Positions 39,362 through 53,268 are shown, counted from the first letter of the whole stretch. The stretch is DNA of 61,534 nucleotides, filler included, from Choristocarpus tenellus KU-1152 (GCA_964200185.2; 12 parts of 12 records of this genome joined end to end with filler, not necessarily neighbours in it); one strand, 5' to 3'. Made by a program: numbers and translations. Notes: generated by a model not told the origin, from the letters alone.

Positions 39362-39395
39362 TTAACCCTAGCCCTAACCCTAACCCTAACCCTAA
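39362..39395. repeat. Interstitial telomere-like (CCCTAA)n / (TTAGGG)n tract; others near 11667, 40499, 42174, 51197-51280 and 59551-59590
   Basis: Directly visible hexamer repeats. Confidence 0.9.
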
Positions 39396-40038
39396 CTGAT
39401 TGTCCGCGTTTTGAGTCGTGTGGTGCTGTTTAGCGTTTGGTATGTTGACTGATGTGTCAAATTATACACAGGGGAGAGGTATGGTATGAAGTTGAAGAAA
39501 CTTGAAGGCCCGTCACGCATTACTGGAACTTTTTTGTTGTTGTTGCTCAGTCTTGACCCCACCCATGTGTAGTATTTGTCCGTGGTAGGGTTAGGGCAAC
39601 TGTGGTTCTGGTACTATTTGTCCTACGAGGTACAGTGAAGTGGTGATTGTCGTTTTAACGGTTACTATTTGGAGTTTGTAGTACAATGTGTGCATGTTTT
39701 TTTATCGTGGCACTTGAAATTGTACTATTATTGTAAGCACTTTATTCATGGTGACACTACCTCCGGGTGGATTGGATGGAAGCTGAGATCAAACCACGCC
39801 ATACCTTTTTTATCATATGACATGATTTGTTTCACTGTTCAGAGTACACACGATATATATATATATATATATATATATTGTAGTAACCTAAGATTTTTTA
39901 TTTAAAAAATAATAATAATAAATTAAAAATATCACGATAGCGGTCTCAACAGCACGCATTGGTTTGGACTAACCCACCCACCCACACTCTGCGATACCAC
40001 GTTTGTTTGTTTTTGTTTTTGTTTCTTTTATTGTGAAG

Positions 40039-40152
40039 GTGCGATACCCGGTGATCCTCACACCCAAGGAGAAGACCATAGCGAGGAAGGTATGCCTCAC
40101 TTTTGGACAGTTGATCTGTGGATTCGACCTACTGCGTGTGGAGTCCCCTGAG
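40039..40152 (+). CDS. VIP1: VIP1/PPIP5K inositol hexakisphosphate and diphosphoinositol-pentakisphosphate kinase, kinase-domain exon
   Basis: AG|[38 protein letters not shown]|GT, matching the conserved EVRYPV.LT..EK..A..VC..F.Q.VCGFDLLR motif. Confidence 0.92.
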
Positions 40153-41937
40153 GTGCGAACGTGCGTTTGAGATCGATATTTGCTCGTGCGTTTGAGATTG
40201 ATATTTGCTCGATGTGTATGTACACGCACAGACCATTTTTTTTTTTTAGATTGTCGGCATCGTGTTGATAGATGACCCACGGGGGGGGGGGGGGGGAGGT
40301 ATTTATTATCTATTCATTTATTATTTATTCAGATGATTGGTGAGTGCTTTATTTATATTTTCTGGGTTCGATTTGTGTATCGTCACCTGAGAGAGGCGTT
40401 TGCGCTTATTGTGTTTGGGTGTGAAAGCGTTTGTACTATATATTGTATTTACGGTGATACTGCAGGTGTATTTGGGGTGTCGAAAAGGATCTTGGGAGTT
40501 AGGGTTAGGGCTAGGTTGAGGTTGAGGTTGAGGGCGTATGTCCTTCCTGTGCAGGACAATGTTTGCTGAGAGTACCCTCAGTTGGAAATGGCTAGGCTTA
40601 GGCATAGGCTTAGACTTTGTTAGTGTTTATGGGCGTGAAGTTCACCAGGTTATGCACGTGTGCCTCCATACCCCTTTTTAGCATAGCAAGGATATCTGTA
40701 TTGTGTACATGCTTCATAGTATTCATAGTATTGAAGTAGGAAGTTTGGATTATTTTCTCAATAATGACATCATTGCACACTATTGCAAAAAATAAACAAA
40801 CTTCTAACGATCTGGAACTATGAATCTTTTTCATATCAAAACTCCAAATAATCTTTAGAATCTCCGGAAACTTGGAACCACGGTATTTGATTCTATTTAT
40901 TGTAGTAGTAGTAATAATAATAATAATAATAGTAATAATGTAATGTTCTTGTTCATCCTTCGATGTTTGGTTCTTGAGATGCAAAGGAAGCTCGCCCCTC
41001 TGGTGCTGGCACAGTAGTCTGTTACATCCTACTGGTATTAATAACTATTTTTTTATATTATACACATTGACTCACCTCTTGCCATGGAGCAACTAATATC
41101 TCTGGTGCATGTTTTTTTATGTCATTGCAAGTGAGTGAGGGCAGGGTATACCCTACATTGACAATTCGTGTTATACCCTACATTGACAATTCGTGTTGAA
41201 AGGTATTGGAGGGATGTGTCGTAGTTGCAGTAACAGCAGTATGACTATACTTCTAGTAAAAGGTCCTGTGTGGGGGGTATGGATTTTACTGATCGGGTAA
41301 CATAAGACTTTTGTGGACAGCGATTGGTGGAGTAGTTCACAGAGCATCAGCGGTAGCTGCAGTAGTACCGGCAAGGGTGCCAGTGACTTGCCATTTTGTT
41401 CCACTAGGGTTAGGGTCGGGGTAAGGATCAACAAGAATAGTGTAGCCATGACAAGGTAAAAGAGCCCTTTGGGTGATCATCTGCTACTTGCAACCAGCAC
41501 AGGTCGGTGCTTACTGGGAGGTGAGGGAGTGCGCGATGTGGTTTGATGTTTCTCATAAAAAAAAAATACCAAGAAAAAGTGGTCAGGGTAGAAAATGAAA
41601 TAATAAATGTAAAAAAAAAATCAATATGTTGCCAAGCATCATACTCTCTCTCTCTCTCTCTCCATATATATATACATACACTGGTAGTGGTTGTATTCTT
41701 TGGTATAAAATGTCAGTTTTTTTAATACTGTCTATGCATTTTCAACTGTATCACATGAGTAGCAAGGACAAGAAATATTTACTGTCTGTTACGTTACCGT
41801 ATTTTAACCCTAACCCTATTCTCACTATCTAACCCTGACCTTGTCAAGTGTAGTTTATGACTTGTGCTGTGTGCTGTGTGTAATGCGCATTACCCAATAA
41901 CCTCTACCAATGAATCTATCCTGAATCTATCCGGCAG

Positions 41938-42164
41938 AAAGATTCCTTGGTGTGTGATGTCAACGGGTGGAGCTTTGTCAAGAACAACCCTACCTACTAC
42001 GCAGACTGTGCAAGACTTCTCACCCAGATAATGCTGCATACCTATGTCCCACCAACTTCTGTTTGGAGCCGATCCATGGGACACTCATGCTCCTACCTGG
42101 GTGCTGGGTCTAGGGTAGTGGAGGAGGATGGTGTCGGATGGGGATCAACGTACCCACTGAAGAG
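41938..42164 (+). CDS. VIP1: VIP1/PPIP5K next exon (end of the ATP-grasp kinase domain); 3' boundary uncertain (42149 or 42164)
   Basis: CAG|KDSLVCDVNGWSFVKNNPTYYADCARLL, the hallmark DVNGWSFVK motif. Confidence 0.92.
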
Positions 42165-42619
42165 GTCTGTCCTTAGGGTTAGGGTTAGGGTTAGGCTCAG
42201 GTTTGAGATATTGTTTTTGATACTGCTACTAATGATAATAATATTGACACGAGTAAGAGTAAGAGTAAGAATAAGAATAGTAACGATACTAGTTGTCGTT
42301 ACTAATGAGCACCGGATATTGTTAAAATTGAGATTAGGGTCGTGTTGATGGAGTTTTTGGTTTGGTTCCTCGATACGCTCTACTGCACCTAGTTTTGTTT
42401 TGTTTTGTTTTGTTATTTGTTTTCTGAGAGTGTGCGTTGGAGTCACTGTTTCATTGTTAGGGTTTAGGGTTAGGGGCCGTGAATAACCTATAGCCCGTTT
42501 TAGAAACACAGTCAACATTGTAGGGCAGCACAGCACAGTCGACAATATTATTGTATGGTACAAAAAATAACATCACACGATACTGGCAATGATTCCGTCT
42601 GCGTACACCCCTTCTGCAG

Positions 42620-42864
42620 TCCTTGCAAACCCATGACAACCTTGACGTTCACGCCGGTAATGCCTCTTCTCAATGGTCTCACTCACCTCCCCGTCAGTAG
42701 GTCGGACCATCAGGCGTTGTCAGACTGGACGCGTGTGAGTGGCAGTATGGCAGGGGGGGCGTCAGCGGTGGGAACGTTGAACAGGAGTGGCTCAAATATT
42801 GGAGGCATTGATGCTCTCGGGTCGGGGCATGGAATGAATTGTGATGACAACAACCGCAGCGATG
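42620..42864 (+). CDS. VIP1: Probable VIP1/PPIP5K linker exon (low complexity)
   Basis: TTCTGCAG| acceptor in phase 2, open frame, GATG|GTGAGA donor. Confidence 0.5.
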
Positions 42865-43131
42865 GTGAGAGATGAAAGGACCAAAAGTTTGTCTTATTAT
42901 TTTTTGGGGGGGTAGAGTTGTATTTGTTAAATGGGAAGGAGAAGCGCCTTGGTTGTTGTTTGTTATCTTACAGGGGGGGGGGGGGTGAGTTGGGCGAGTC
43001 TGATCTTTGCGTGTTTTGGGGGGAAGGCGTTNNNNNNNNNNNNNNNNNNNNNNNNNNNNNNNNNNNNNNNNNNNNTTAATTAATTAANNNNNNNNNNNNN
43101 NNNNNNNNNNNNNNNNNNNNNNNNNNNNNNN

Positions 43132-43348
43132 TCCAAAATCCAACGTTGTAATTTTGATGTAATTTTGGCTATCGTGTTTGTTAGGAAGTGCCAGTATCCT
43201 TGTTCCGGACACACCTTTTCATAACATAAACATTTTACCTACTCCGAAATATTTTGGATTAGGAAAATGTCATCAAAAACCCTGAGGGATGCCAAGCCCC
43301 AAATGGACAAACAGGGCAAAACTCATACCCTCTAAGATACTTTCACTC
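43132..43348. mobile_element. MITE family B copy (inverted, truncated by the contig start)
   Basis: Reverse-complement homology to 22789-23046; ends AAGATACTTTCACTC. Confidence 0.85.
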
Positions 43349-46209
43349 CTCCTACAACCCTCACAACTGAACACGCAATGGTAAATTGAAATTTTCCAGC
43401 AATTTATTTTATCCATATAACAATCCATTTGCAGGCATGATAACTTGCCACACATTATCAAGTGCGAGATAGGTCCTTGAAAAACATTACTGTACCTACC
43501 TTGAAATGAAAGGTTTATCCTGGTAATGAAACATGCAATTATCATAATTCATAGAGGCAACATTCTTGAGAAAGGTGCAACGCTAGTTAGTCACAGGTCC
43601 ACATCAAAACCTCCCTGCTAATTCCTGATTCGTTGTTGGTTAGTGTTTGCATGGAGGGCATTACGTTGAAAAGCTGTTTGAAGGGGTATTGAGACAACTG
43701 CAGGAAAAAAAATATTGGGAATACTATGAAGTAGTGATGAGATGACAGAACTAGCAGAAACAATGTGTTTTAAACACCACGTATGTAGGAAGTACAAGCA
43801 CGGATCTACATCCCAAAACAAGTAAAAAAAGTTGAAGGGTATCCACGCGCACATTCTCAACCAAACATTGAAATTGTACCCTGGGATCTCCGTCTGAGCT
43901 TCAGTCCCAGTCTCTGGAATGATCAACGCATATGAAGTGCACCAGTTAAAATCATAGAACAGTGACCCACAGTTGCCCATTAACAGTTTTCATGTAAGAA
44001 TAAATACTTTGGTGTTGTGTCTTGGCCAATGCTTATTGAAGTTCTTTGAGTCACAAATATCCAACCGAAAAATCTTGCAATGCCATTGGAATTGCGTGTC
44101 TCCTTTGCCCTACTTATGGAAACAATCTTTGACTAGCCGAAAAGGATCTGTATTCAGGCCATAGGAGAAAAAACGTGAAACAATTCAATGGTTGGGCCTA
44201 AGTAAAAACGTACTTGACTGAGCAGGGAAGTAGAATTCTCCGAAGAGGAGAGGATGGGCATTCCGAGAAGGGCACTGACTGAATCACACAGACACTGCAG
44301 ATCTGATCCTGGCTCCTCCTTCCTTGAAACTATTATTTGCCCAAAATAGCTACAAAGTGTTTGCTATCAGAAGATTCGAGGGAGGAGAAGGATGAGGGAC
44401 AAGGGGTGGGAAAGCTGAACCAAACACAAAACAACTATATATGAAGCAGTAACAGGATCAGTATACTATTAGTCGTAGTGTAACGGTATGTTGTCATTTG
44501 TTAGTAGGAAAAGTAGAGAAGTAGTGTAGTTTCTTTGACCATCGGTAAAGATCATCCAGCAGTCTTGTGCGACAAGTGTAAACGATTCTACAAAGAGTGA
44601 AGTTGGTGTGTACTTTGAATTATTAACCTATAGCATACTCCGACTAAAATTGTGGGACGTCCGCACCTGCCAATAACCACTTCATTGATGGTATACGATA
44701 AGACGAAACGTTTATAGCACCTCTGAATGTGAGGTGACAGAATGAACAAGGTCAAATTTACGGTCCGAAATCCTTTCCACTCATACACATGATGCTGTGT
44801 TTTGAGGTAGATAGGCCGGGTTCTGAAAGGTTATCTTTTGAATTGGTAGAAACGCAAAGGTGGTGTCAACGTTTTGAATGAAGAACCTTTTACAAATTCT
44901 CGGTATACTCTCACTTGGTCTATATCCTGGTTTTGCATTTCCCTATTTGATATAAACTTCTACAAAATTGGAATATTTTTTGCCGTGTGGGCATTCGCAT
45001 TTCAAACGAAGTACTACGACAACAAAGGACAATGCGGATGATGACATGAAAAGCAGTGAAGTGTTGTTGAATCTCCATCCACGTCCCTTTTCATAAATTC
45101 TACTGAAACAGGGGCGCTGACCCTTGTATATTTCATCACTGAACTATGAAGATGTGAACACGCGATACCAAACCAGATAGAGTGTGGGAGGGAGAGGGTG
45201 ACAAAGGAACATACCACCCGTTCTACAAAATATTCTGAACCGCCATCCCCCACTTGGTTCCTACATAACTGCTTTTGTTCGTACCAACGATACTTCCAAA
45301 ATCTTCTCCCCTCACCTTGCTAACCGTGGGACTTCCCCCCTGGTATTTATAGCCAGATTTTGGATAACCCCACAATCGATTGATCCAATCACAAGCGGCA
45401 CTCATCAAACCATCTGTCCCTAGCAAACATGCCTCCTCCCGTTGACACTCTTCCCTTTTGTTGACAGAAGGATGAAATCCTCTATCTTCCTTGCAGCCTT
45501 CAAATGGATAGAATTCGGTGTACACGATATGACATTAAGAAGATTCAGTGAGTTCGATGAATAATGATGTTGTAGAAGGGGACTTTTAGTGCCCTCAGTT
45601 TTGGAAGTGCCTTAAAAAGAGCTTGGACTGTGGAGAAGAGGGATGTGGTGATTTGTGGTGGTAATGGTATGAATGTGCCAATACACCAATCAGCATGTAT
45701 AGAGAAAAAATTGCTTCAGCGATACAATTTTTGTACCCACTACAATTTGTATTTTGTTGTCATTCAAGGAGAAGAACAATAACAATGTGAGTTTGTAAGC
45801 GGTTATCTTGAAAAGAAAAAAAAACTGTACGTACGACCATGGTGTTCGGTTATCTCTTCCTTGACTCTCTATGTGAATAGTCAAGTATGTGGGAAAGAAG
45901 TTGTGCATATCAAGCATGTGCCCTTGTTTGTACGTATGCACCATGGGCGTGTTGCCTGTGCTCTACTATATCTGTCTGTGTGTCGAAATATTTTTCCTTC
46001 CCTTCTTTTTGTCACTGTCTCTTACGTAAGTGTCTGTGTCTGTATGTCTATTCATATTTGTGTTTCATCACCTTTTCCCCCTCTCTACTGAGCTTAACTA
46101 TCCCTCTTGGGTTTGTCGTATTTCCCCTGTGCTATAGGAATATATTTGTTCTCCACAGGACAAAGATGCCCCTGGTGTAAGTGCATTTACCTTCTCCATT
46201 TTCTGTCAG

Positions 46210-47172
46210 TTACACACCATCATTCGCTTTGGCACTGTCCAACTCACCTTGGTCTACCGTCAACTCCTGCGGATCTTTTTCTTGCGGTGTATGTAGCAAG
46301 TGAAGGTGCGCACTCCTATCTTCACGTGATGTTGAGGGCTCCATAGGCTCCATAGACTCTGGCACCCTTGGCGCATTCACCACACACTTTCTGGATCGGA
46401 GTGGGGCTGTGGATTCCAACAATGACAAAACCGGACTTTCCTCAACAAACCCCATGTTGGCGGTTTGTTCTACTTGCTCACCTCCCTGTTCCAGGATATC
46501 CCCTGAGGATGTCAGTTGGTTGTTGGTCCCATACTGGTCACTGTGGACTGACTTCTCCAACTCCATAAAACCTCTGACAGACATGTCTCCTTCCCTCTCA
46601 GGATCATACTGGCTTACTTCAACAAAACCATTTTTATCATGTAGCACTGCCCGTGTCAAGGAGTGGATTCCTGGGGTAGACCTTACTATTTCAGTTGCAG
46701 GTGTTGAGGAAGGTCCCTGTTCACAACCTTGCACTTCTTGGCACATTACTTCTTTCTCCATTCCTTCTTGACTCCCTGATGTAGAGTTGAGCGAGGCTGT
46801 TGGCATTGTTAGCTCCATAAATGGTCTGACTTGGTGCTCCGAATGTTGGTCTCTTTCTCTCCCCACTTCATGCTGTATTTCTGGTTGTATATCTGATGCA
46901 GGGTTCGCACCACATTCTCTCTTCGTTTCCGCAGTTTTCAGTGGACCGGTTGCTGAGGTTTTAACCTCAGTGCTGTACGTCTCTGTATCATCGGATCCGT
47001 TTATAGGTTTGTCCTCGAGGCACAAGCGTACAACAGACAAGAATTTTTCCACATCAACGTGTCTGTCCAGATTCTTGTTTTTAAATAGAGCGCTAGCCAT
47101 TGCCAGAGACCTTGTAAAAATGCCAGCGATTTCGGACGGAAGTAGGAGAAGAGCAAGGTTGGGGCATTTCAT
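46210..47172 (-). CDS. 320-aa ORF of unknown function (mostly acidic/disordered); may be an exon or a transposon ORF
   Basis: Longest ORF in the window; no motif recognised. Confidence 0.35.
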   Translation of the reverse strand: MKCPNLALLLLPSEIAGIFTRSLAMASALFKNKNLDRHVDVEKFLSVVRLCLEDKPINGSDDTETYSTEVKTSATGPLKTAETKRECGANPASDIQPEIQHEVGRERDQHSEHQVRPFMELTMPTASLNSTSGSQEGMEKEVMCQEVQGCEQGPSSTPATEIVRSTPGIHSLTRAVLHDKNGFVEVSQYDPEREGDMSVRGFMELEKSVHSDQYGTNNQLTSSGDILEQGGEQVEQTANMGFVEESPVLSLLESTAPLRSRKCVVNAPRVPESMEPMEPSTSREDRSAHLHLLHTPQEKDPQELTVDQGELDSAKANDGV

Positions 47173-48198
47173 TCAACTGTTGAGGGAGACACAAGTCGCA
47201 ATATTCCAAGTGGGAAGGAGTGCAGAGATTGCACGTGTGGCGATGTTATCTATGGTGGTCTCCACATGAATCACCATGATTTGAGGAATAGTCACCCAAA
47301 TATGTAGCATTACGGATGTATGAATGGAGTAGGGTCAAAGTATCTGGGGGGGGGGTGGTTTGTGAGNNNNNNNNNNNNNNNNNNNNNNNNNNNNNNNNNN
47401 NNNNNNNNNNTTAATTAATTAANNNNNNNNNNNNNNNNNNNNNNNNNNNNNNNNNNNNNNNNNNNNGGGGGGGGGGGGGGGGGGGGGGGGGGTAACAGCA
47501 TGAAGTTCTGTGCACTGCTGACAATGCATGCTAAGGACTCTGAGTACCCGAAGAAAGGATTAAAACATTTCAGCACATCAGGAAGACTGTCCATAACATC
47601 AGTATCTACCCTGGCATGGTCTACTGACTGAAAATTCCCTAGGAGACAAGGAGACAAGATAGGATCGGGGGGGAGTCAGGACTGCACCGATATGATCAAC
47701 CTTTTGTACAGATGAAGTCTAGATGAAAATATCCTATGTTCATTCCTATATCCTCACCAACCCTTTTTCAATTACCATGCAATGATGTCCCACATACCGA
47801 TAGGGTATCAAGTACATACAAATCTCCTTTGTAAAAACACTTCAACATGGCACATACGCGTCCGCAAAGGTAACACCATAAGTAGCAAGTCATCTTAACT
47901 GCCAATATACATACCAATGGCAGTGTTATCTAGCCGTCTACTCTTCCAATCAAATCAAATTAAACTAAATTAAACTAACGTAAAATAAACATGTTCAATT
48001 TTATACAACTTACGGATTTGCGCCTGCAACATCCACCAACCATAGCATATACGTGAAGAAAATGACGGACAAGCCATAATTCAGATATAGAACCACCCAC
48101 CACATCCTCCCATGCATCTTGGCCACCTTACCACTCCCAAGAATTACCGAAATCCCATCCCCTACGCAACCCACCTCCATTTGGCTTGAATTTTCCAG

Positions 48199-48403
48199 GG
48201 GCAGGTGGGGAGCTCCTGCCACCCAACCCACTTCCACCCCTGGGCAGCCTGCTACCAAGTTCGCTTATTCTATTCCCTCCATCCCCTTCAGTGGGTGGCT
48301 TTACTGGACAGCATCCTCCCCATCCTACCCCTCTGGCGCTCTGAAGGGGTGGCCAGTAACCGGAGAGTTCGAGTGTGGGTTGTGGAGCTCGGGAAAGTTC
48401 CTA
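48199..48403 (+). CDS. Possible internal exon, unknown product
   Basis: TTTTCCAG| acceptor and TAG|GTGAGG donor around an open, GC-richer segment. Confidence 0.3.
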
Positions 48404-51400
48404 GGTGAGGTGAGGAAGATGAATTTGAAAACAATGAGATCATCTTTACAGTGGGTTGGGTAACAACCCGAATAAAATAGTGTGTGGTTCAAATAGAGGA
48501 TCGCGTGTAGGCTGACTACTTATCAAAATTGTTTCCATGTTTGTGTCTCCATGCGTGCTCACCCATTCACCTTCGAACTTGTGTCAAAACAGGATTCAGA
48601 CACAGTTCGGTCTGATTCGAATTCGTTACAAGTCGTGGGGTTAGTTTTGGATGACTGGAACTCGACACAAAAAGATACTCAACAGTACAGGGTCCAGAGC
48701 TTGAAAGCTGGACAACTATGTGTACCCTTATCATGTCTCCAGTACACATCTTGATGAAAATTGAGCTACTAGTGCGCCGGAGGTCGAATCGAACAACCTA
48801 CAGCAGTGCAGCTGGGAAAAATATCCAAAGAAGGGGGGAAAATTTCCAGAGGTATCGTTCACCATGTATTCAGTGTTCAAATCCCTCACTTCACCGCCAG
48901 AAGGAGTGTAGCAAGAATAACGCGTTACAAAGGGAATACATATACGAAATATAGGAAGTGAACAAACACAGTCTATGAAGGACGTTCATGACACCACTGC
49001 CTTCACCATCCCACTAACAAAAATCTTGAGCATCCAAGAATACCAAAGGATTCGTACAGGTTGCCTCACCTCAAGACCAAAAGTGAAACTTGCTAGGGAC
49101 AATAATATCGTCCAGCATTGAAGTAAATTGCAAGGTATGTTTGTCTTGGCTCGCTTCTGTACGCTCGCCATTGATCCTTTCTGCCTCCCTCTGTTGTTGA
49201 AGCAAGAATATTGACGCTTACTTAATCTGAGCAAAAACACGTCGCATACAATAAACGTAACACGCAAGCGCCAGCGTACAGACACGGGTCCGATGACGAT
49301 TGGAATTAGCTTTGCACACTAATGATAGGTGCCCCAGGTCAATCTCCTCGCTTCTCCCCCTCCACAGTGGTGTCTGCTTAAGTTGAAACTTGTAATCAAC
49401 AGTAGGTTATTTGACTTGTCCAAAACCCTAATCCTAACTCCCTTCCTGAATTATACCAAAACCGAATCTAGAAACTAGAAACAAGATGCTTCATTTCACA
49501 TACATGACCCCTAAAGTTAGGATTTATGGGAGTAGATAGTTCAATATTCTGTCGGTAAACGCAACTGGTGCCGTGGATTTGTGAGTTTCATCTTCTAGAA
49601 GGTAGATTGTGGCGTTGCAATCATCGACTGTTGAGTTGAACGGTCTTGTTTTTTTGGAGGTCAACTGTTAGAAATTGTTGGGAAGTTGGCTTCACCTCGC
49701 TATTGTTGGAAGTACAGGGGGTGCGGAGTGTCATTTGGACAAAAAGAGAAATTAGAGGAGCTAGGAAGGGTGGGTGCATCGGTGGTACCACGAGTGAAGG
49801 ATGGGCGACGCGGGAGGACAAACATCAGGGACAAAGGACCTGAAGGTGGGTGCCTGTTTCCACTCGTATTCAAGGCATTATGCATCATTTCTCTTTTCTC
49901 CTCCTACCGTGGCTCATCTATGTTGATGTTGATTTCGATCCGTTGTTATCTTCGCATAATTTGTTTGCTACGGTGAAAGTTCTTGGCCCGCGAATGAAGG
50001 CAAGTGTATCCTTACCCCATTGTTGTCAACCTGAAAGTTATTGCAATCTAAGGGGGATGTCCCAAATAATTAGGGTATAGGTTCAGTCCTTACATAAATC
50101 TGTAGAAGAGTTTATCGGTACCACCCAGTGTGGTGGTGCATATATAAGGAGATGAACTATTTCTCATTGTTGCTGCCGTGGATCTGGGGCGAAATGGCTG
50201 CCTCACGTACCCAGCCTCTAAAATAACTTTGGATCACAAATAAACAGGACGCTTCAAAAGAATAAGTAAAAGGGGGGGAATCAAGTTCCGGTCACTGATC
50301 GCTAGCAAACATCAGAGAACATAACATCTAAGTCACAAGCAGTATCAGAGCGTGAGAAAAACCCAGGCTTGCATCTATCCATCCGGAAAACACACAACAC
50401 GTACTGTAAAAAACCATACGAAATAATAAGAAAAAACACTCAGCAGGCAGTAGCTGGCACGCGTGCCCCTCATTTGCTCCCATTGTACGTCATGGCGGAT
50501 TGCAATTATTACGGGTTCTTTGGCATGCCAAGTGACCATGACGGGCTTGATCCCTATTATAGCTGCTCTTTGACCTTATCCGAGATAAGGAGTTGATGCC
50601 GAGGCGTGCACTTTCACATATCAACGCCAGCGTCTTAACATCAAGGGTTTGCAGAAAAGAAAAAATTCTACCTCTCTTCCTCTGTGCCGCCTGATGACTG
50701 CATTTATTACTTTTTTATGAACTCCAGCAGACTACCTTGAACATAGTACCATTTCTTATCCCGCATGCGTCCGTAGTCAGTCTGTTTCCACTCAAAGGAA
50801 GAGGTCAGGTCGCTTGCAAACACTTACATAATTTGATATTAACAATGGCGTGATGTATTGGTTGGCATGGCTGGTCTTTTGCTTCGAAATTGATCCATTT
50901 CGTGTCTTGTTTCAGGACGAGCTTTGAAATATTGGACCGTCCTTGTTTTGGTAGAGTTGAAATAAGATTCTATCCGGTGGTTTGGTATACCTGGGTGTGG
51001 CAATGGTGTCTATGTGTGTGTGTGTATGTGTGATACAGTTGGTGGGCATTTATAATAATCTTCATCGTGCTTGAAAAAAATTATTATTTTTGTTATTATT
51101 TCCAGCTCCGTTGTTTATACCCTCTGCTGTGGATGGAACCTCATGTGAAGATTTATATTTGTTTATTTGTTAAAGCACTGCATCACGAGTAGAGATGTTA
51201 GGGTTAGGCTTAGTGCAAAGTCTATGTATTGCTAGGGTTAGGGTTAATGCGATGTTTTGCGTAATGTTAGGGTTAGGGTTATGTGATATCTGTATGATGC
51301 TGGGGTGTCTGTTTTTTGTGTCAGACTCGTTGGGGTCATTCATTGGATTTAAGAAGCAACTGGTACTTGAAAAGGCTTTGTTAGTGTCACCAAAGTGTTC

Positions 51401-53268
51401 CAGGGTTAATGAAGAACCAAGCTACCAATGGGCAGCCCACAATAGAGTTTGGTTCGTTGTCTGCAAAGGGTCAGAAAAGGAGATATTTTTACCAGCATGA
51501 AGTCAGAAATTATGTAAGGGACTTAGAGGATATTGAAGTTGAGGATTGGTGTTGCACATTGAATCAGATACTGATGTTGACTTGTCCGTAGACTACTTGC
51601 ACAATACTGTTGCATGTTGTAGGTTGTATGGTGTAGTATGTTGTCCTGCGGGAAGGGAATGCGGAGACTGAAAGTTGCATTTGGCTGTGTGCTGCACTGA
51701 TTGAGCTCACCGCTACAAAAAATTATACAAAGGTGTAGATGCTCTTCTACAATATGACAGGTAGACCCGTGATCACCGAAGTCTCCTACTTGTGTTGATC
51801 TCCTCTGAGCTGAGCTTGTGTGTAGAGCACAAGCCTCTTACATGTGTTCCATATTTAGTCACGAAGGCTTTTGCATTGTGTCAAGAGCAGTGCGTTCTTG
51901 GTGTCGCGTATTGAAAACTCGATGTAACGCCTTCCTAGTGTGCTGTATGTAATGCCTTCCATGTGTCCTCCGTGTTCTGGAGAGTTGCGTTACACCTCTC
52001 CGCCCCCGTGTACAGGTCTTCAGTCAACACTACCCCACTCTCTCTCTCGGGCACACACTCTATTTCCTTGCAAAGGCAGAGCGCTACCAAGGGCACCCGC
52101 CCAAATCACCGTGTTCACAAGAGCCGTGTGTATCTTGTAACGAAAAAATAATTTTTGGTGCCGTTATGCTCCCCCCCCCCCCCCCCCCCCCCCCCCCTCG
52201 GTCCCACCCTCCCCCCTGCGCTGCTCGCCCCCGCCCACTGCTCCATTTCGTGTCCCCGGCGGGCGGCCGCGNNNNNNNNNNNNNNNNNNNNNNNNNNNNN
52301 NNNNNNNNNNNNNNNTTAATTAATTAANNNNNNNNNNNNNNNNNNNNNNNNNNNNNNNNNNNNNNNNNNNNGGGGTAACCCTGCACCCACTCCCACCCCT
52401 CCACATGCTACGGCGTGTCATGCTCATAAGATATCTACAACACAGTAATGGCGCCTTATCTGACAGTTTAAAGGGTGACAGTGCTTTAGGTATCTCTACC
52501 TGTAGAAGTGCAAAATATCAAACGCCTCTGCCTGCTTCAACAACACACGATTACACAATTAGAGTACACAATAAGTGCACAATAATGAATACTTGCTTGT
52601 TTCGAAAGAAAAGAGCACTTGCCTACAACATGGTAAGGGATGCTGATTCACTCAAGCATTTTGTCGTGTGACTACAGGACTTTGGTGTAATGTGTGGCAG
52701 CCTCAACTACCAGTCTAACAATACTAATAGGAGTCAAGTGGAAAATTAGATGAGGACCAAATGTTACCGTCGTCAGTGCATCGATCTTGAAACCTCACCA
52801 AGATGCCACCACCGACATTTCGAATTTCATTAGATTCCTAGCCAGGCGAGGTGAAAGGATATGCGCCTATGTGTGTGGGGGCAGACCTACTGACTGAGCA
52901 CCGAAGTTATATCAGAATCAGCGCGTGAGATGAGTACAGAAGGTGATCATGGGAAACCACCCCACATGCTAAGGAAGAAACAGCACCGTTGTAGGTGCAT
53001 CTGATGTAGTCGAAGCCACCTGCATCACACCTACAACGCCAACTTCGTCGCAGAAACTTCCTGCTTGTCGACGTAACCACATGCGCGCACATGCGTCTCA
53101 TCACACACTACCTTGACTTACCGTGTCGCCAGGTCACGTTTCTTTTCCAAATATCTCCTGAGCCTTTACATCCACCAACCAGTACAATCTCTTACTCTTC
53201 CAATAGACTACAGATACAATTACGGACCCAACTCACACACCAAGTGCCAAACGTTGTCAGTGCGCACC

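Noticed and set aside
41144-41196. Short tandem duplications (also near 2643, 9139 and 40162)
   Set aside because: Ordinary local slippage duplications with no further structure.
42165-42563. ORFs with RVRVRV / LTLTLT repeats
   Set aside because: Translations of intronic TTAGGG-type microsatellites.
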